Positions 1 through 12,584 of a stretch of DNA of 64,000 nucleotides are shown piece by piece. Numbering within the stretch: position 1 is the stretch's first letter; every line of letters starts with the position of its first letter. The stretch covers positions 1,084,527-1,148,526 of the forward strand of contig MU057880.1 of NCBI GenBank assembly GCA_013265495.1. Direction: 5' to 3'. Below the pieces are notes generated by a model, which saw nothing but the letters and a program-made list of their open reading frames with translations, was not told where the DNA came from and did no database searches. Source of the stretch: Vicugna vicugna (lineage: Eukaryota). Both the position numbers and the translations under genes were made by a program.

Positions 1-84
1 AAAGAGGCTGGAAAAATCTCAATCAGGGCGTCACGATGTAGAGATATTCAGGTAATGGTGAGCCACCTGATGCAATTAGGATAA

Positions 85-213
85 GAGATTTGCAGATACA
101 CACTAATATTTATAAAGTAGACAAGGTCCTACTGTATATAGCACAGGGAACTATATTCAATACCTTAGAGTAACTGAGAATGGAAAAGAATCTGAAAATG
201 AAAAAAAAAAAAA
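85..213 (+). mobile_element. L1 3' end fragment with A-tail
   Basis: acaaggtcctactgtatatagcacagggaactatattcaatacc motif, shared with other L1 3' ends in the window, followed by poly(A). Confidence 0.8.
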
Positions 214-939
214 GAGTAAGTGCAATCCAGGAGCTAAAATGCTTGCTGTTACGTTGTTTATCCTCTGGCTGCATTTCTAATTGACAGCTGTCAATCAGGC
301 AACACTCCTGCGATACCCATCCTCTCTCAGCCACCCACCAGGCAGTTTTAGCTGTCTCGATTTACCGTTAAACAACTCTGGAGTGAAACGACTTCTGGGG
401 AATGGTATCAAGCAAAATGCACAAACTGCGACAGAGCAACAAGTAGGGACAGGTATTTCAAAAGACACCGTGTACAAATTCTAAACAATTTTGCCCTCGG
501 TGGAAGTGATTAGAAGTTTTTATGTCCTTTCAGCAGAAAATCAGCGATTAAATGGTAAACCAAGTCCTGTGTGGATTCATGTGTCACCTTTGAGGGGTAT
601 GACTGGGACGTAACAGAATTAAGTTATCCTCTGGAAAGCTGCCAGTGTGGAGAGGAGGAAGATAGGGTTAGCAAGCTTAGCGCCGTCTGTCTGTCTATCT
701 GGTATCTAATCTACCTAGCTAGTCTGTTATCTACCTATATATCTGTCATTTATCATCTTACCCAGTAAATACCAGTTGATGGCATTTGTTAAGTGCAAAT
801 TCTGTCTAGAGCTTAGTATTATTAATCTTGCTGTCCTTGGTTCTCTCAAACTATTGTAAGTGAAGACATTCGAGTTTCAGGCTCATTCCACCCAGATTGA
901 GCCCACCTAGTTCAAGACAGTGTAAGGGAGCAGTTCTCT

Positions 940-1320
940 GCAGCTGGTGGAGCCAGCGGGTGGGACCTGGAGACTGGACGCGCAGTGTCGCGTTTGGACC
1001 ACCTGCGCGCCCGGAACACCCGTCTCCCCTCGCTTCTTCCCTGCAAACCCACGGCGCATGCTCAGTCATCAGAATGTCTGGCTGCAGAATTCCGGCTTGA
1101 GTTCCCGCCTCCCTGCTGCCGCAGGAGCCCTCCTCTAACCCCTGCTCACTTGTCCGGGATTTAGCTTGCTGTGCCTCCGTGGGGTCAGCCGCACAGGAGA
1201 TTCAGTGCTCTCGGCCCTACCCTGGGAATCCCGGTCTGCGCGATGCCTCTGCTCGGCTCACGGGGGACTACCTGATTCACGCGAGGGCCATCTCCTGTGT
1301 GCCGGAAGGAAGAATGAGTT
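940..1320. promoter_or_regulatory. CpG-rich patch, possible promoter
   Basis: High CpG density; NRF1-like GCGCATGCTCAG near 1054; no linked coding exon recognised. Confidence 0.4.
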
Positions 1321-1794
1321 AGAAAAGTAAAGGAGGCTTGACCCAGTAGCGCCAGTAGGAGATGGAGAGTTGCTGCCCAATTACGCCACTGACGAGACGG
1401 ATAACCTCCGAGCAGTCACTGAAAGGCTCTGGTCCTCCCTTGGAAATGGTAGCGGAGAGCCAGGGGTCTTCAGTCGTTGGAGAGGGCAAGACATTAGGTT
1501 GACTAATTTAGGTAACGAAGTAGGTATAAACGTGGATATTCACTTCTGAGCAACGAGTTGGTACAAATCAAAGAGATACTGACAAGGAGGATGAGTCTCC
1601 TGACCGTTGGGTGCAAAGATGAGCAACGACAGCGGCTGCAGTCCGGACGCGAGGCTGTTGTGTGACAGATGGAAGTCAGCTAGTGTGGTCCAGCGTGTCT
1701 GCAGACAAGCCACTGCCAGAAAGAACACGGCCTTAGTCATGCCCAATTATGAACACATGTTGGCTTTAGACAGGTGTGTCCAACAGACGGACAA

Positions 1795-1888
1795 CACCAG
1801 GCACCTGTGCGGTTTTCCAGGCGCCATATTTAAAAAGGTGAAAAAAACAGGAGAAATTAATTTTAATAATAATTTTATTAAACACCCA
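1795..1888. mobile_element. MER3-like hAT-Charlie DNA transposon fragment
   Basis: aaaaaggtgaaaaaaacaggagaaattaattttaataataattttatt resembles the remembered MER3 consensus. Confidence 0.55.
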
Positions 1889-2086
1889 GTTTATCCTTCC
1901 ATGTCTCCTTTCCCCCCGGTAACGGTAAGTTCATTTTCTATGTCTGTGAGTCTGTCTCTGTTTTGCAAATAAGTTCACTTGTGTCCATGTTTTTAGATTC
2001 CACATGTAAGTGATACCCTGTGGTATTTTTCTTTCTCTTTCTGGCTTACTTCACTTAATATGATATCTCCAGGTCCATCCATGTTG
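1889..2086 (-). mobile_element. L1 3' UTR fragment
   Basis: ttctatgtctgtgagtctg..ttttagattccacat..ggcttacttcactta..aggtccatccatgttg, the antisense L1 3' UTR. Confidence 0.85.
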
Positions 2087-2119
2087 GAAAGCAGAAATAT
2101 TTTGCTGAGCTGTGCTAAT

Positions 2120-3600
2120 GAGAGCTGCAGTCTGCCTTTCTGACCACCTGTGGGCATAATACACTAATCTCTTCTCCAAGGGAAACACCCCCGAAGTTAT
2201 GTGCAGTCACAGTGTCAAGCGCATAGTTCAGGGTCTCTGGGTGACGCCCAGTAGGTGGTTTCGACCTGAGGTCTAGTGGTGGGTTCTCTGGACTAAACAT
2301 CTATGAACTACGAAGACAAGCTGTCTGCCTCCGACACGTGGTGGTGGTCCAGGGACAAGATAATGGCCATGAACACTCTCATTAGAAAGGGGATTGGTAT
2401 GGGAAATGCGGCAGACAGTCTGCAGGACTTCCGAAATCCTGCTGGGCAGACAAGTGAGGCTCCCGGCCCTGGGTGGGCGGGGATGCTCCTTAATTAGGCA
2501 GAGTCTGCACCCTGGGAGGGACTTCCCAGCCCCTTGTCTGGTCTGCACTAATGGAGGGTCCTTCTTCCTCATTATCGGAATTCTCCGCATCTAAAGTGGA
2601 TGTTGGAGAGTGTGCCCTCCAGTGTCCTGGGGCTGAGCAGAGGCCACAGCCTCCTCTTTGGCTTCAGTTGGTTGAGTACCGCCAAGGTTGCTTTATAAGC
2701 GAAAAAATCGCTGTCTTTTTTTTTTTTTTTTAAATTAAGCTCAGGCTAGTGGTCCTTGTAGCAGTACGACTCAACTCTTATAAGAACTTTGCTCTGTTCT
2801 TATTCATTTGGTTCCAATTAGTTTCAGTTAGTTTCTTGTGTCAATAGGCACCTCTGTAGTTCTTTTCTCAAAAAAGTTTTGTGAACTTAATTCCCAGGTT
2901 GGCTGTGCTGCTTTTCTTGCCCCCGCTGTCCCCCTTTCTCTCTCTCTTTCTCTCTAATGATTTATTGCAGGTGACCTGAGCCTGTGAAGTTTTGCTGACA
3001 ACCACTTCCTTCGTCTTTTCCCTTGGTCCAAGTGAGAGGATTTACAGAACCACACTCTTAGTTTCGCCTTTACTCTCAGATATTTTAGTGCTTTCAAAGA
3101 TTTTTAGCAGTGATTGTAACAGCCATCACCCTAATTTAATCCTTACTGCAAGGCTGATTTTGATTGACCTTTGTTGCTAAGGGAATTTTTCAGTTTTATC
3201 TTGCACTGGTTGTGGTTGAGAAGCACACGGTCCTAATTCTTCAAGTTCTGAGTTTCTGGACTCTAGTTCCCTTCATCTATTTTTTTTGCGAACTGGCAGC
3301 ACCCCATACATCCTCCTCCGTTTCTGGGATCTCTTGTCCCAGGATTATACGCTCATTAGGTGTACGATCTGATTGCCAGGTTGTCACTGGTCACAGTGTT
3401 GCCAAATCATTTGCCACTTCTTAGCATAGACAACTATCCTCAGCTTCTGACAATTTCCTTCTTGTCCGCCACCTGGCTTTTAAGCCAAATACCAGCTATG
3501 TTCTGTTTGTGGTTATGACAGCGCACCGTATCTAGCCACCAATTTCTGAATCAGCCAGTACCTAGTAGGTTGTACTGCAGTGAAAAGCTGGCCCCACAGA
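2120..3600. mobile_element. Degraded MaLR (MLT1-like) internal/LTR sequence
   Basis: Patchy resemblance to MLT1 internal and LTR sequence; ancient and diverged. Confidence 0.4.
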
Positions 3601-3655
3601 AGTTTAATTCTTATATTGGGGTCCCTCAGGGACCCAAGCAGATAAGATTCTATCT

Positions 3656-3816
3656 CTTTTTTGCATTTTTTTTGATTTACAATGTTGTATTAGTTGCTGG
3701 CGTACAGCGTAGTGATTCAGTTATACATATACACATGTTATTTTTCATATTCTTTTTCATTACAGGTTGCTACAAGCCGTGGAATTTAGTTCTCTGTGCT
3801 GTACCTTGTTGTTTAT
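3656..3816 (-). mobile_element. Short L1 3' end with 15-bp TSD
   Basis: Poly(T) plus L1 tail, flanked by gataagattctatct (3641-3655) and gataagatcctatct (3817-3831). Confidence 0.9.
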
Positions 3817-4051
3817 GATAAGATCCTATCTTGATACACATTTCCTTGGTCCTTGGTTGTGGTGGGGAAAAAAGGAAAGGTGACAAACCACACGCCAGTC
3901 CTAAGCCACAACAGACAACAGAATACAGTGAAGCTTTTTGACCGAATGACTAAACTGCCAACTGAGGAATTGCCATTGCTCTCCACCCCTTATCAGCTCA
4001 GTCATGCCCACAGTTAGCATCTCTCACTTCTGACAAGCCAGACCCCGTTTT

Positions 4052-4460
4052 TGTATTAGTCAGGACTCACTGGGTGCAAGTGACTTAAACCCAGCTCAGC
4101 CGAGGGCGTCGGTCTCTCTGCATCTGTCTCTGTTTCTGTTTTGTACTCCTTTACTCCCTCTTTCTCTCTTGCTCTCTTTGATTTTTGTCTCTGTTTCTCT
4201 CTGCTTTATTACTTTAGACGGGCTTTCTCCATGTGGTTGAGATGATGTCTTTTGGGAACCGCTGGTTCTCACCTTTTCAGGTCCGTGGCCCGTGATCCCC
4301 AAGGCAAGGCTAGATTGCCTGCTCTATTTAGAGAGCTACTGGGGCAGGCCTCCTACGGTGGATTTTCAAGTTGGCAGTTTGGGAAACAAACCAGTCATGA
4401 TGTGAGAGGATTGCAGGGGGAGAGGATGTGTGTTTCATTTTCAGAAAAATGGATTTTTGA
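4052..4460. mobile_element. MLT1-like MaLR LTR
   Basis: Begins tgtattagtcaggactc..tgcaagtgac..aaacccagctca, typical of an MLT1J/K terminus. Confidence 0.5.
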
Positions 4461-4910
4461 AAGTGATTAACACTTGTCACTGGGCTTTGTACCAGGTGTC
4501 AAACAGAAGTCCAAGGGGTCGACAGAAAGATCAATCTCTGACTGGAAATAAAACTATTCTATCTTTTTAAATTGTGTACTTTGGGAAAACCTGTCTTAGG
4601 AATCTGTGAAGGAATTTTTGGAATGTTAAATGTTCTCTTCAATCTGCAGGACAGGGAGCAATGGGAGAAAAGACATTAAGTATACGAAAGACTAATTTTA
4701 CGTTGCCTTATTTTTTCTGGGAACAAGAAAATCTTGTATTTGAGATGGAATATTTGAGGCCCAGTGATTTCAGAAAGTCCTGCTATGAAGACCTGAAGCC
4801 AGGCTCTGTTGCTGGAACCAAATCTGACCCAGTTGTATCTTTAATTCCAATCTAAACACCTGTTTGTTCTTAGATCACAGAGAATCTTGAATACAGTGAA
4901 GCAAATGCCT

Positions 4911-5242
4911 CTTTTTTAATTGAATTACAGTCAGTTTGCAATGTTGTGTCAATTTCCAGTGTAGAGCACAATTTTTCAGTTATACATGAACATATGTATA
5001 TATTGTCTCATTCTTTTTCACCATGAGCTACCACAAGATCTTGTATATATTTCCCTGTGCTATACAGTATAATCTTGTTTATCTATTATATATACACCTG
5101 TCAGTATCTACAAATTTTGAACTCCCAGTCTGTCCCTTCTCACCCCCTGCCCCCTTGGCAACCACAAGTTTGTATTCTATGTCTATGAGTCTGTTTCTGT
5201 TTTGTATTTATGTTCATTTGTCTTTTTCTTTCTCTCTTTCTT

Positions 5243-5303
<61 letters not shown>

Positions 5304-7095
5304 CTCTTTCTCTCTTTCTCTCTTTATTTTTTAGATTCCACATATGAGCAATCTTATATGGTATTTTTCTTTTTCTTTCTCTTTCTGGCTTACTTCACTT
5401 AGAATGACATTCTCCAGGGACATCCATGTTGCTGCAAATGGCGTTATTGTTGCCTTTTTAATGGCTGAATAGTATTCCATTGTATAAATATACCACTTCT
5501 TCTTTATCCAGTCATCTGTCGATGGACATTTAGGCTGTTTCCATGTCTTGGCTATTGTAAATAGTGCTGCTATGAACAGTAGGGTGCAGGTGTCTTTTTG
5601 AAGTAAGGTTCCTTCTGGATATATGCCCAGGAGCAGGATTCCTGGGTCATATGGTAAGTCTATTCCTAGTCTTTTGAGGAATCTCTATACTGTTTTCCAC
5701 AGTGGCTGCACCAAACACATTCCCACCAGCAGTGTAGGAGGGTTCCCTTTCCTCCACAGCCTCTCCAGCATTTTCCATTTGTGGACTTTTGAATGATGGC
5801 CATTCTGACTGGTGTGAGGTGATACCTCATTGTAGTTTTGATTTGCGTTCATCTGATAATTAGTGATATTGCGTATTTTTTCATGTGCCTATTGATCATT
5901 TGTATTTCTTCCTTGGAGAATTGCCTGCCCATTTTTGGATTGGGTTGTTTAGAAGAGGTAAAATTGTCACTACATGCAGATGGCATGATACTATATATAG
6001 AAAACCCTAAAAGGTCCACACAAAAACTACTAGAAATAATCAAAAAATTCAGCAAGGTAGCAGTTACAAGACTAATGTACAAAAATCAGTTGCATTTCTT
6101 TACACTAACGATGAATCAACAGGAAAAGAAAGTAAAGAAACAATCTCCTTTAAAATAGCACCCAAAGTAATAAAATACTTCAGAATAAATCTAACCAAGG
6201 AGGTGAAAGACTTATACATGGAAAACTATAAAACATTGATTAAGGAAATTAAAGAAGACTTTAAAAAATGAAAAGATATCCCATGCTCTTGGATTGGAAG
6301 AATCAATATTGTTTAATGGTCATGCTGCCCAAGGCAATCTACAGATTTAATACAATCCCTGTCAAATTACCCAGGACACATTTCACAAAACTAGAACAAA
6401 TCATAATGAAATTAATATGGAATCACAAAAGACCTAGAATTGCCAAAGCATTACTGAAGAAAAAGAAAGAGGCTGGAGGAATAACCCTCCCAGACTTCAG
6501 ACAATACTACAGAGCTACAGTAATCAAAACAGCATAGTTTTGGTACAAAAAGAGACATATGGACCAATGGAATGGAACAGAGAGCCCAGAAATAAACCCA
6601 TAAACTTTTGGTCAAATACTCTTCGACAAAGGAGGCAAGAACGTAGAATAAAGACAGTCTCTTCAGCAAATGGTGTTGGGAAAACTAGACAGCAGCATGT
6701 AAATCAGTGAAGCTAGAACACTCCCTTACACCATATACAAAAATAAACTCAAAATGGATCAAAGACTTAAACATAAGACAAGATACAATAAACCTCCTAG
6801 AAGAAAATATAGGCAAAACATTATCTCAAATACATCTCAAAAATGTTCTCCTTAGCAGTCTACCCAAGCAATAGAAATAAAAGCAAGAATAAACTTTAAA
6901 ATGAAAAAAAAAATGAAAAAAAGCAGAAATAAACAAATGGGACCTAATTAAACTTACAAGCTTTTGCACAGCAAAGGAAACCATAAGTAAAACAAAACAA
7001 CCTACAGAATGGGAGAAAATTTTTGCAAAAGATGAAGCTGACAAAGGCTTGATCTCCAGAATATATAAGCAATTCATAGAACTTAATAAGAAAAA
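4911..7095 (-). mobile_element. Young L1 with 5' inversion (twin priming): 3' part on - (4911 to ~5950), inverted ORF2 part on + (~5951-7095)
   Basis: ORF2 peptides ([36 protein letters not shown]); TSD aagcaaatgcct at 4899-4910 and 7096-7107. Confidence 0.92.
5220..5325. repeat. (TTTC)n/(TC)n microsatellite within L1
   Basis: Direct inspection. Confidence 0.95.
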
Positions 7096-7512
7096 AAGCA
7101 AATGCCTTTGTGAGGGTGTCTTGTAGAAAGACTTTAATCATCAAAGAGTAAGGAATATTGCCAAATATCATTCTGCATCCTGGTGAAATATTTACCAAAC
7201 GAATTTACATACTAGTTTACTAATTGAAATATACTACATAGTTCTTAAGGAATCTCCACGTTAACATATGGCTTCTCCCACTGAACTATGAAAAGTGATT
7301 TCTACTGTATAAATAGACTGCGGTGTCCAGCTAAACAGGTTTTCTTTGTTTAGAAGCAAATGATACCAGCAAGAGTTACTGCATGTCTAGTGTATAAGGT
7401 GGTTTGTCCTTGTTGAGTTCTGAACTTAAAATACCCACCTAGGCTATTTAAAAGAGATCTCAGAATTTTGCACTTAAATTGTGTGACTTGAGATTTAAGT
7501 TGAAATTATCTG

Positions 7513-7650
7513 TTTGGTTTGTTTGGGGGTTTTTTAGGGGGGAGTAATTAGATTTATTTATTTTTTAATGGAGGTACTGGGGATTGAACCTAGGATATCA
7601 TGCATGCTAAGCACACACTCTACCACTGAGCTGATCTACACCCTGATCCC
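7513..7650 (-). mobile_element. tRNA-derived SINE, camelid Vic-1 type
   Basis: gaggtactggggattgaacctagga..tgcatgctaagcacacactctaccactgagct (antisense B and A boxes); TSD tttaag(t/a)tgaaatt(a/g)tctg at 7494-7512 and 7651-7669. Confidence 0.85.
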
Positions 7651-7691
7651 TTTAAGATGAAATTGTCTGATTTGAAAAGCTCTAAATGAAT

Positions 7692-8058
7692 AGACAGAGA
7701 AAGACAAATACTGTGTGATATCAGTTATACGTAGAATCTAAAAAAGCCAAACCTGTAAAAATAGAGAATAGAATGGCAGTCCCCAGGGGCTGGGGGTGGG
7801 AAGTGATGTTTAAGGATGCCAGCTTGTAACTAGGAGATGACTAAGTTTTGGAGCTCTAGTAATCCACAGCATGGTGATTACTGTCATCTATTACTGTAAT
7901 AGATGCTTCAACATGGCTGAGAGACTAGATCTTAATGTTCTCGCCATAAGAAAAGAACTGGTAAGTATGTGACATGATAGAGGTGTAGCTAAAGCTACAG
8001 TGGTCATCATATTGCAATATGTAAATGTGTCAAAACAAGAGTTGTTCACCTTGCACTT
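7692..8058 (+). mobile_element. Older L1 3' end (L1MA/MB-like)
   Basis: agacagagaaagacaaatactg..gagactagatcttaatgttctc..catattgcaatat. Confidence 0.8.
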
Positions 8059-8189
8059 CTGCAAACTCTCCTTTTCTTTTGAGTCATTTCTTATTTGTCA
8101 GCCAGTCAAAGGTAGAGAGTATCAAGAAGTGAAATAAAAACAGTTCAGTTAGTTTTGTGCAGTGTTTGAACTGGTTTGATAAGTATTAA

Positions 8190-8872
8190 TGTGTGAGCTG
8201 CAAAATACAAATCATGTAATTTTGATAATTTTTCATGCAAGGTAAATACTCTTGTATTTGTGAAAGCAGCATTACATAATATAGAGATGGACAGCAAAAT
8301 GTATGCTCATAATTTAAAAAATTTTTTTTGACTTAGAACAACATTAAGTAGCAAATAAAAAACATTGGGGGTGGGGAGAGAGAGAGAAAGGGAAAGCCTT
8401 TATATCTTTTGTAGCTTAAAATATATTTTTTATGACATCTAGTTGATTTACAATGTTGTGTTAGTTTCTGGTGTACAGATTCAATTATACACATATATAT
8501 TCTTTTTCATATTCTTTTCCACTATTGGTTATTAGAAGATATTGAATATAGTTCCCTGTGCTGTACAGTAGGTCCTTGTTGTTTATCTATTTTATATACA
8601 GTAGTGTTTATCTATTAAGCCCAAACTCCTAATTTATCCCTCCCCCTTCCCCTTTGGTAACCATAAGTTTGTTTTCTATGTCTATGAGTCTGTTTCTATT
8701 CTACACATAAGTTTATTTGTATCATTTTTTAGATTCCACATATAAGTGATATCATATGGTATATTTGTCTTTCTCCATCTGTCTTACTTCACTTAGTATG
8801 ATCATCTCTGGGTCCACCCATGTTGCTGCAAATGGTATTATTTAATTATTTTTTATGGCTGAGTAGTATTCC

Positions 8873-8916
<44 letters not shown>

Positions 8917-9476
8917 CACTACATCTTCTTTATCCAGTCATCTGTTGATGGGCATTTAAGTTGCTTCCATGTCTTGGCTATTATAAATAGTGCTGCTGTG
9001 AACACTGGGATGCATGTGCCTTTTCAAGTTAGAGTTTTCCCTGGATATATGCCCAAGAGTGAGATTGCTAGGTCATATGGTAAGTCTATCTTCTACGTTT
9101 TTTAAGAAATCTCCATACTGTTCTCCATAGTGACTGCACCAATTTGCATTCCCACCAACAGTGTAGGAGGGTTCCCTTTTCTCCACACAATCTCCAGCAT
9201 TTTTATTTGTAGACTTTTTGATTATGGCCATTCAGACTGGTGTGAGGTGGTACCTTGTTGTAGTTTTGATTTGCATTTCTCTAGTCATTAGTGATAATGA
9301 GCATCTTCTCATGTGCCTCTTGGCCATCTGTATCTCTTCTTTGGAGAAATGTCTATTTAGGTCTTCTGCCGTATGTTTTTGTACCTTTAATGGCACCCTT
9401 TTCCCCCTGCTTTTTGAAAAAGGAGTCCTGACATTTCGGTTTGCACTGGGACTTGCAAATTCCATAGCTGACCCTG
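8190..9476 (-). mobile_element. MER45-like hAT-Tip100 element interrupted by L1
   Basis: Terminus ttgcactgggacttgcaaattccatagctgaccctg; internal part is the reverse complement of the copy at 46665-47576. Confidence 0.7.
8420..9370 (-). mobile_element. L1 3' end inserted in MER45, containing (CA)n at ~8876-8919
   Basis: Antisense ORF2 C-terminus ([24 protein letters not shown]) and 3'UTR; approximate TSD tat.tttttgta.ctt. Confidence 0.9.
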
Positions 9477-10714
9477 TGTTTGTACCAACATCAAACTCTG
9501 CACAGGTGTCAATTTCCTTTTCCCTTTCTTGGCTGTTAGGGGTTCATACAGGAATGAGGACCCGGCAGCCACTTTGAAAATATGGGTGTCCCCCTAAGGA
9601 CTCATTCAAGATGAATCTTTAAGAAATGCATCACTTTACAAGCTCTTTCAATGTCAGATTGATGTATTTGTTACATCTGCATCTCAGAAGGTGAACTTAA
9701 TACTTTAAAATCTTGACTCGAGTGCTATTCTGAATACCTGGGAGCAGAAGTGTGACATACTTTGCCTAAGATGGGAATTCTTGTCTCATAGTTTATTCAT
9801 AGCAAGTATCAAGCCTGGCTTAATTATTAAAATTTAGGAAATATATCTGTATTCAATAATGTAATTTTCTACAATTCTGAGAAATAATATATGTTATTGC
9901 AGGGGGAGAAGCATCATGTTAGCATTGCTGAAGCAACTTCACATTGTGTAATGATTTTAATGCTGTTGTAACTCAAATTGGCAGGTAAAGCAGACTTCAT
10001 TTCCCTCCGTAAACATTTATAGTCCAACTGCCTTAGGACATTATGTCTTGCAGTATCTGGCTCATAATAAAGACTTTTGAAATTGCCCATTTTATTTGGC
10101 TTATAGCATTTTTTGATAACTGCCATGTCTATTCTTACCTAGCATTAAAGATTGTAGAATAAATGGGTGAATATCACATAAATAATAATTATTTTTATTA
10201 ACAAAAAAGAAAACTGACTAATGGGTAGAAAATTCAGTGACTAATCCTTTAGGTAATTTATGGTTCAGTTATCTGCTTTGTTTTCCTTCTTTTCCCCTGT
10301 CTTCTACGATGACCCTCTGTCTGTTTTTATTTGCAACATTAGGAAATAGATAGGGAGATATTTGTTCTCCTGTTTGGTTAGCCATTCAATCAAAAACGTT
10401 CATAGACCAACTGAATCGAATCTGTTTCTGGAACAGGAAAGCTAGACACTATGTTTTAAGAATTGCAGATGGTCCCTAATACCCATCAGTTGAATAATCA
10501 CTCAGTAATTATATTGCTTTCCTTACATCCCAGGCACTGGGAACTCGAGGTTCCTGCCCACAGGGAACTAACTCTCTTTTAGTGGCAGAGACATACAACA
10601 CACATGCATGTGTATTTGAGCTCAGCAAAGAGGGCAGTGCTAAGAATGGACATTAGAGCCATATCCTGAACGAGGAGATGGGGCATTCTCCCACTGGAGA
10701 TGCATCTTTCTCTT

Positions 10715-11515
10715 CTCCAACACTTGTTGTCTCTCTTCTTTTTGATAACCGCCATTCTAACACATGTGAAGGTATCTCATTGTGGTTTTTATTTACATTT
10801 CCCTAGTGATCAGTGATGTTAAGCACCTTTTCGTGTACCTGTTGGCCACGTGTATGTCTTTGGAAAAATATCTGTAAAGATCCTGTGCCCATTTTTTAAC
10901 TGAATTGTTTGTTTCTTGCTATTGAGTTGTATGAGTTCTTTATATATTTTGCATATTAACCTGTTATCAGATATATGATTTGCAAATATTTTCTCCAGTT
11001 GGATAGATCACCTTTTCCTTTGCTGATGGTTTCTTTTGCTATGTAGAAGCATTTTAGTCTGATGTAATCTCACATGTTTATTTTTACTTTTGTTGCCTTT
11101 GCTTTTGGTGTCACATCCAAAAAAGTCATTGAGAAGATTTATGTCAAGGAGATTACTGCTTAGGTTTTCTTTTAGGAGTTTCATGGTTTCAGGTTTTATG
11201 TTCAAGTCTTTAATCCATTTTGACCAAATTTTTGTGTATGGTGTAAGATAGTGGTCCATTTTCATTCTTTTGCATGTGGCTGTCTAGTCTTCTTAACACC
11301 TGTTAATTTCTCTAATGATTAGTGATGTTGAGCATCTTTTCATGTGCCTGCTGGGCATCTGGATGCCTTCTTTGGAGAAATGTCTATTTAGGTCTTCTAC
11401 CCATTTTTTGATTGGGTTGTTTATTTGTTTGTTTTTTCTGATGTTGAGTTGTATGAGCTATTTTTATATTTTGTATATCAGTCCCTTGTCAGTCACATTG
11501 CTTGCAAATGTTGAT
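10715..11515 (-). mobile_element. L1 ORF2 fragments (two pieces)
   Basis: ORF 11008-11265 ([25 protein letters not shown]) is L1 ORF2. Confidence 0.88.
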
Positions 11516-11669
11516 GCAAATGTTTTCTCTCAGGGAAATCCTTTTTCATGAGAACTGACTGGGCTCCTGTGCTCCTCAGCAATCCCAAGTCAGCAAACTC
11601 ATTCACTTTCTGAATAACTGTGATCTCACTCCCACACTGTTAATATTCAAGAAAGAGATTAAAAGGTAT

Positions 11670-12584
11670 AGACAAAGACAAGAGATAACAAGTGTTGGCG
11701 AGGAGGTAGAAAAAAGGGAATACTCCTACACTGTTGGTGGAATTGTAAATTGGTGCAGCCACTAAGGAAAACAGTATGGAGATTCCTTAAAAAGTTGGAA
11801 ATAGAACTACTATATCATACAGGAATTGCACTTCTGGATATTTATCTGGAGGCAAAAAACACTAACTTGAAAAGATATATGCACCTCCATGCTCTTTGCA
11901 GAATTATTTACAATAGTCAAGATATGGAAGCAACCTAAGTGTCCATCCATGAGTGAATGGATAAAGAAAACATTATATATATATACACACACACATACAT
12001 GATATATATAAAACATGATATATACAATGGGATACTACTCAGCCATAAAAAGAAGGAAATCTTGCCATTTGTAGCAACATAGAAGAGCCTTGAGGGCATT
12101 ATCCTAAGTGAAGTAAGTCGGACAGAGAAAGACATATATTGTATACTTTCATTTGTACATGGAATCTAAAACAAAAACAAAAACAAATCCCCCTTCCCAA
12201 ATCTGCCAAAGAACTGAGGTCATAGATAGAGAGCAGATGGGTGGTTGCCAAAAATGAGGGTGAAGGGTGGAGGGTTGATGAAATTGCTGGTGGTGAGGAA
12301 GTCAAAAGGTACAGAATTCCAGTTGTGAAATAAATGTCATGTGGATGTAATATACATCATGGTGACTAAAGCAAATAATATTGTGTTGAGAATCTGAAGG
12401 TTGCTAAGGGAGTAAATCTTACGAGTTCTCATCACAAGGAAACAATTTTGTATCTACGTATGATGTTGATTGTTAAGTAGACTTCTTGTGATCATTTTGC
12501 AATACAGACAACTATCAAGGTCTTATGTTGTACACCTAAAACTGTTATATGATGGTACATGTCAATTATACCTTAATTAAAAAA
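11670..12584 (+). mobile_element. L1 3' end
   Basis: [23 protein letters not shown]2 C-terminal motif and 3'UTR ending ttaattaaaaa. Confidence 0.9.

Noticed and set aside
5023..5402. Hydrophobic FLSF-rich and KERK-rich ORFs
   Set aside because: Translations of the (TTTC)n microsatellite inside an L1
7570..7645. tRNA-like A/B box sequence (also at 58880-58955)
   Set aside because: Head of a tRNA-derived SINE with tail and TSD, not a tRNA gene
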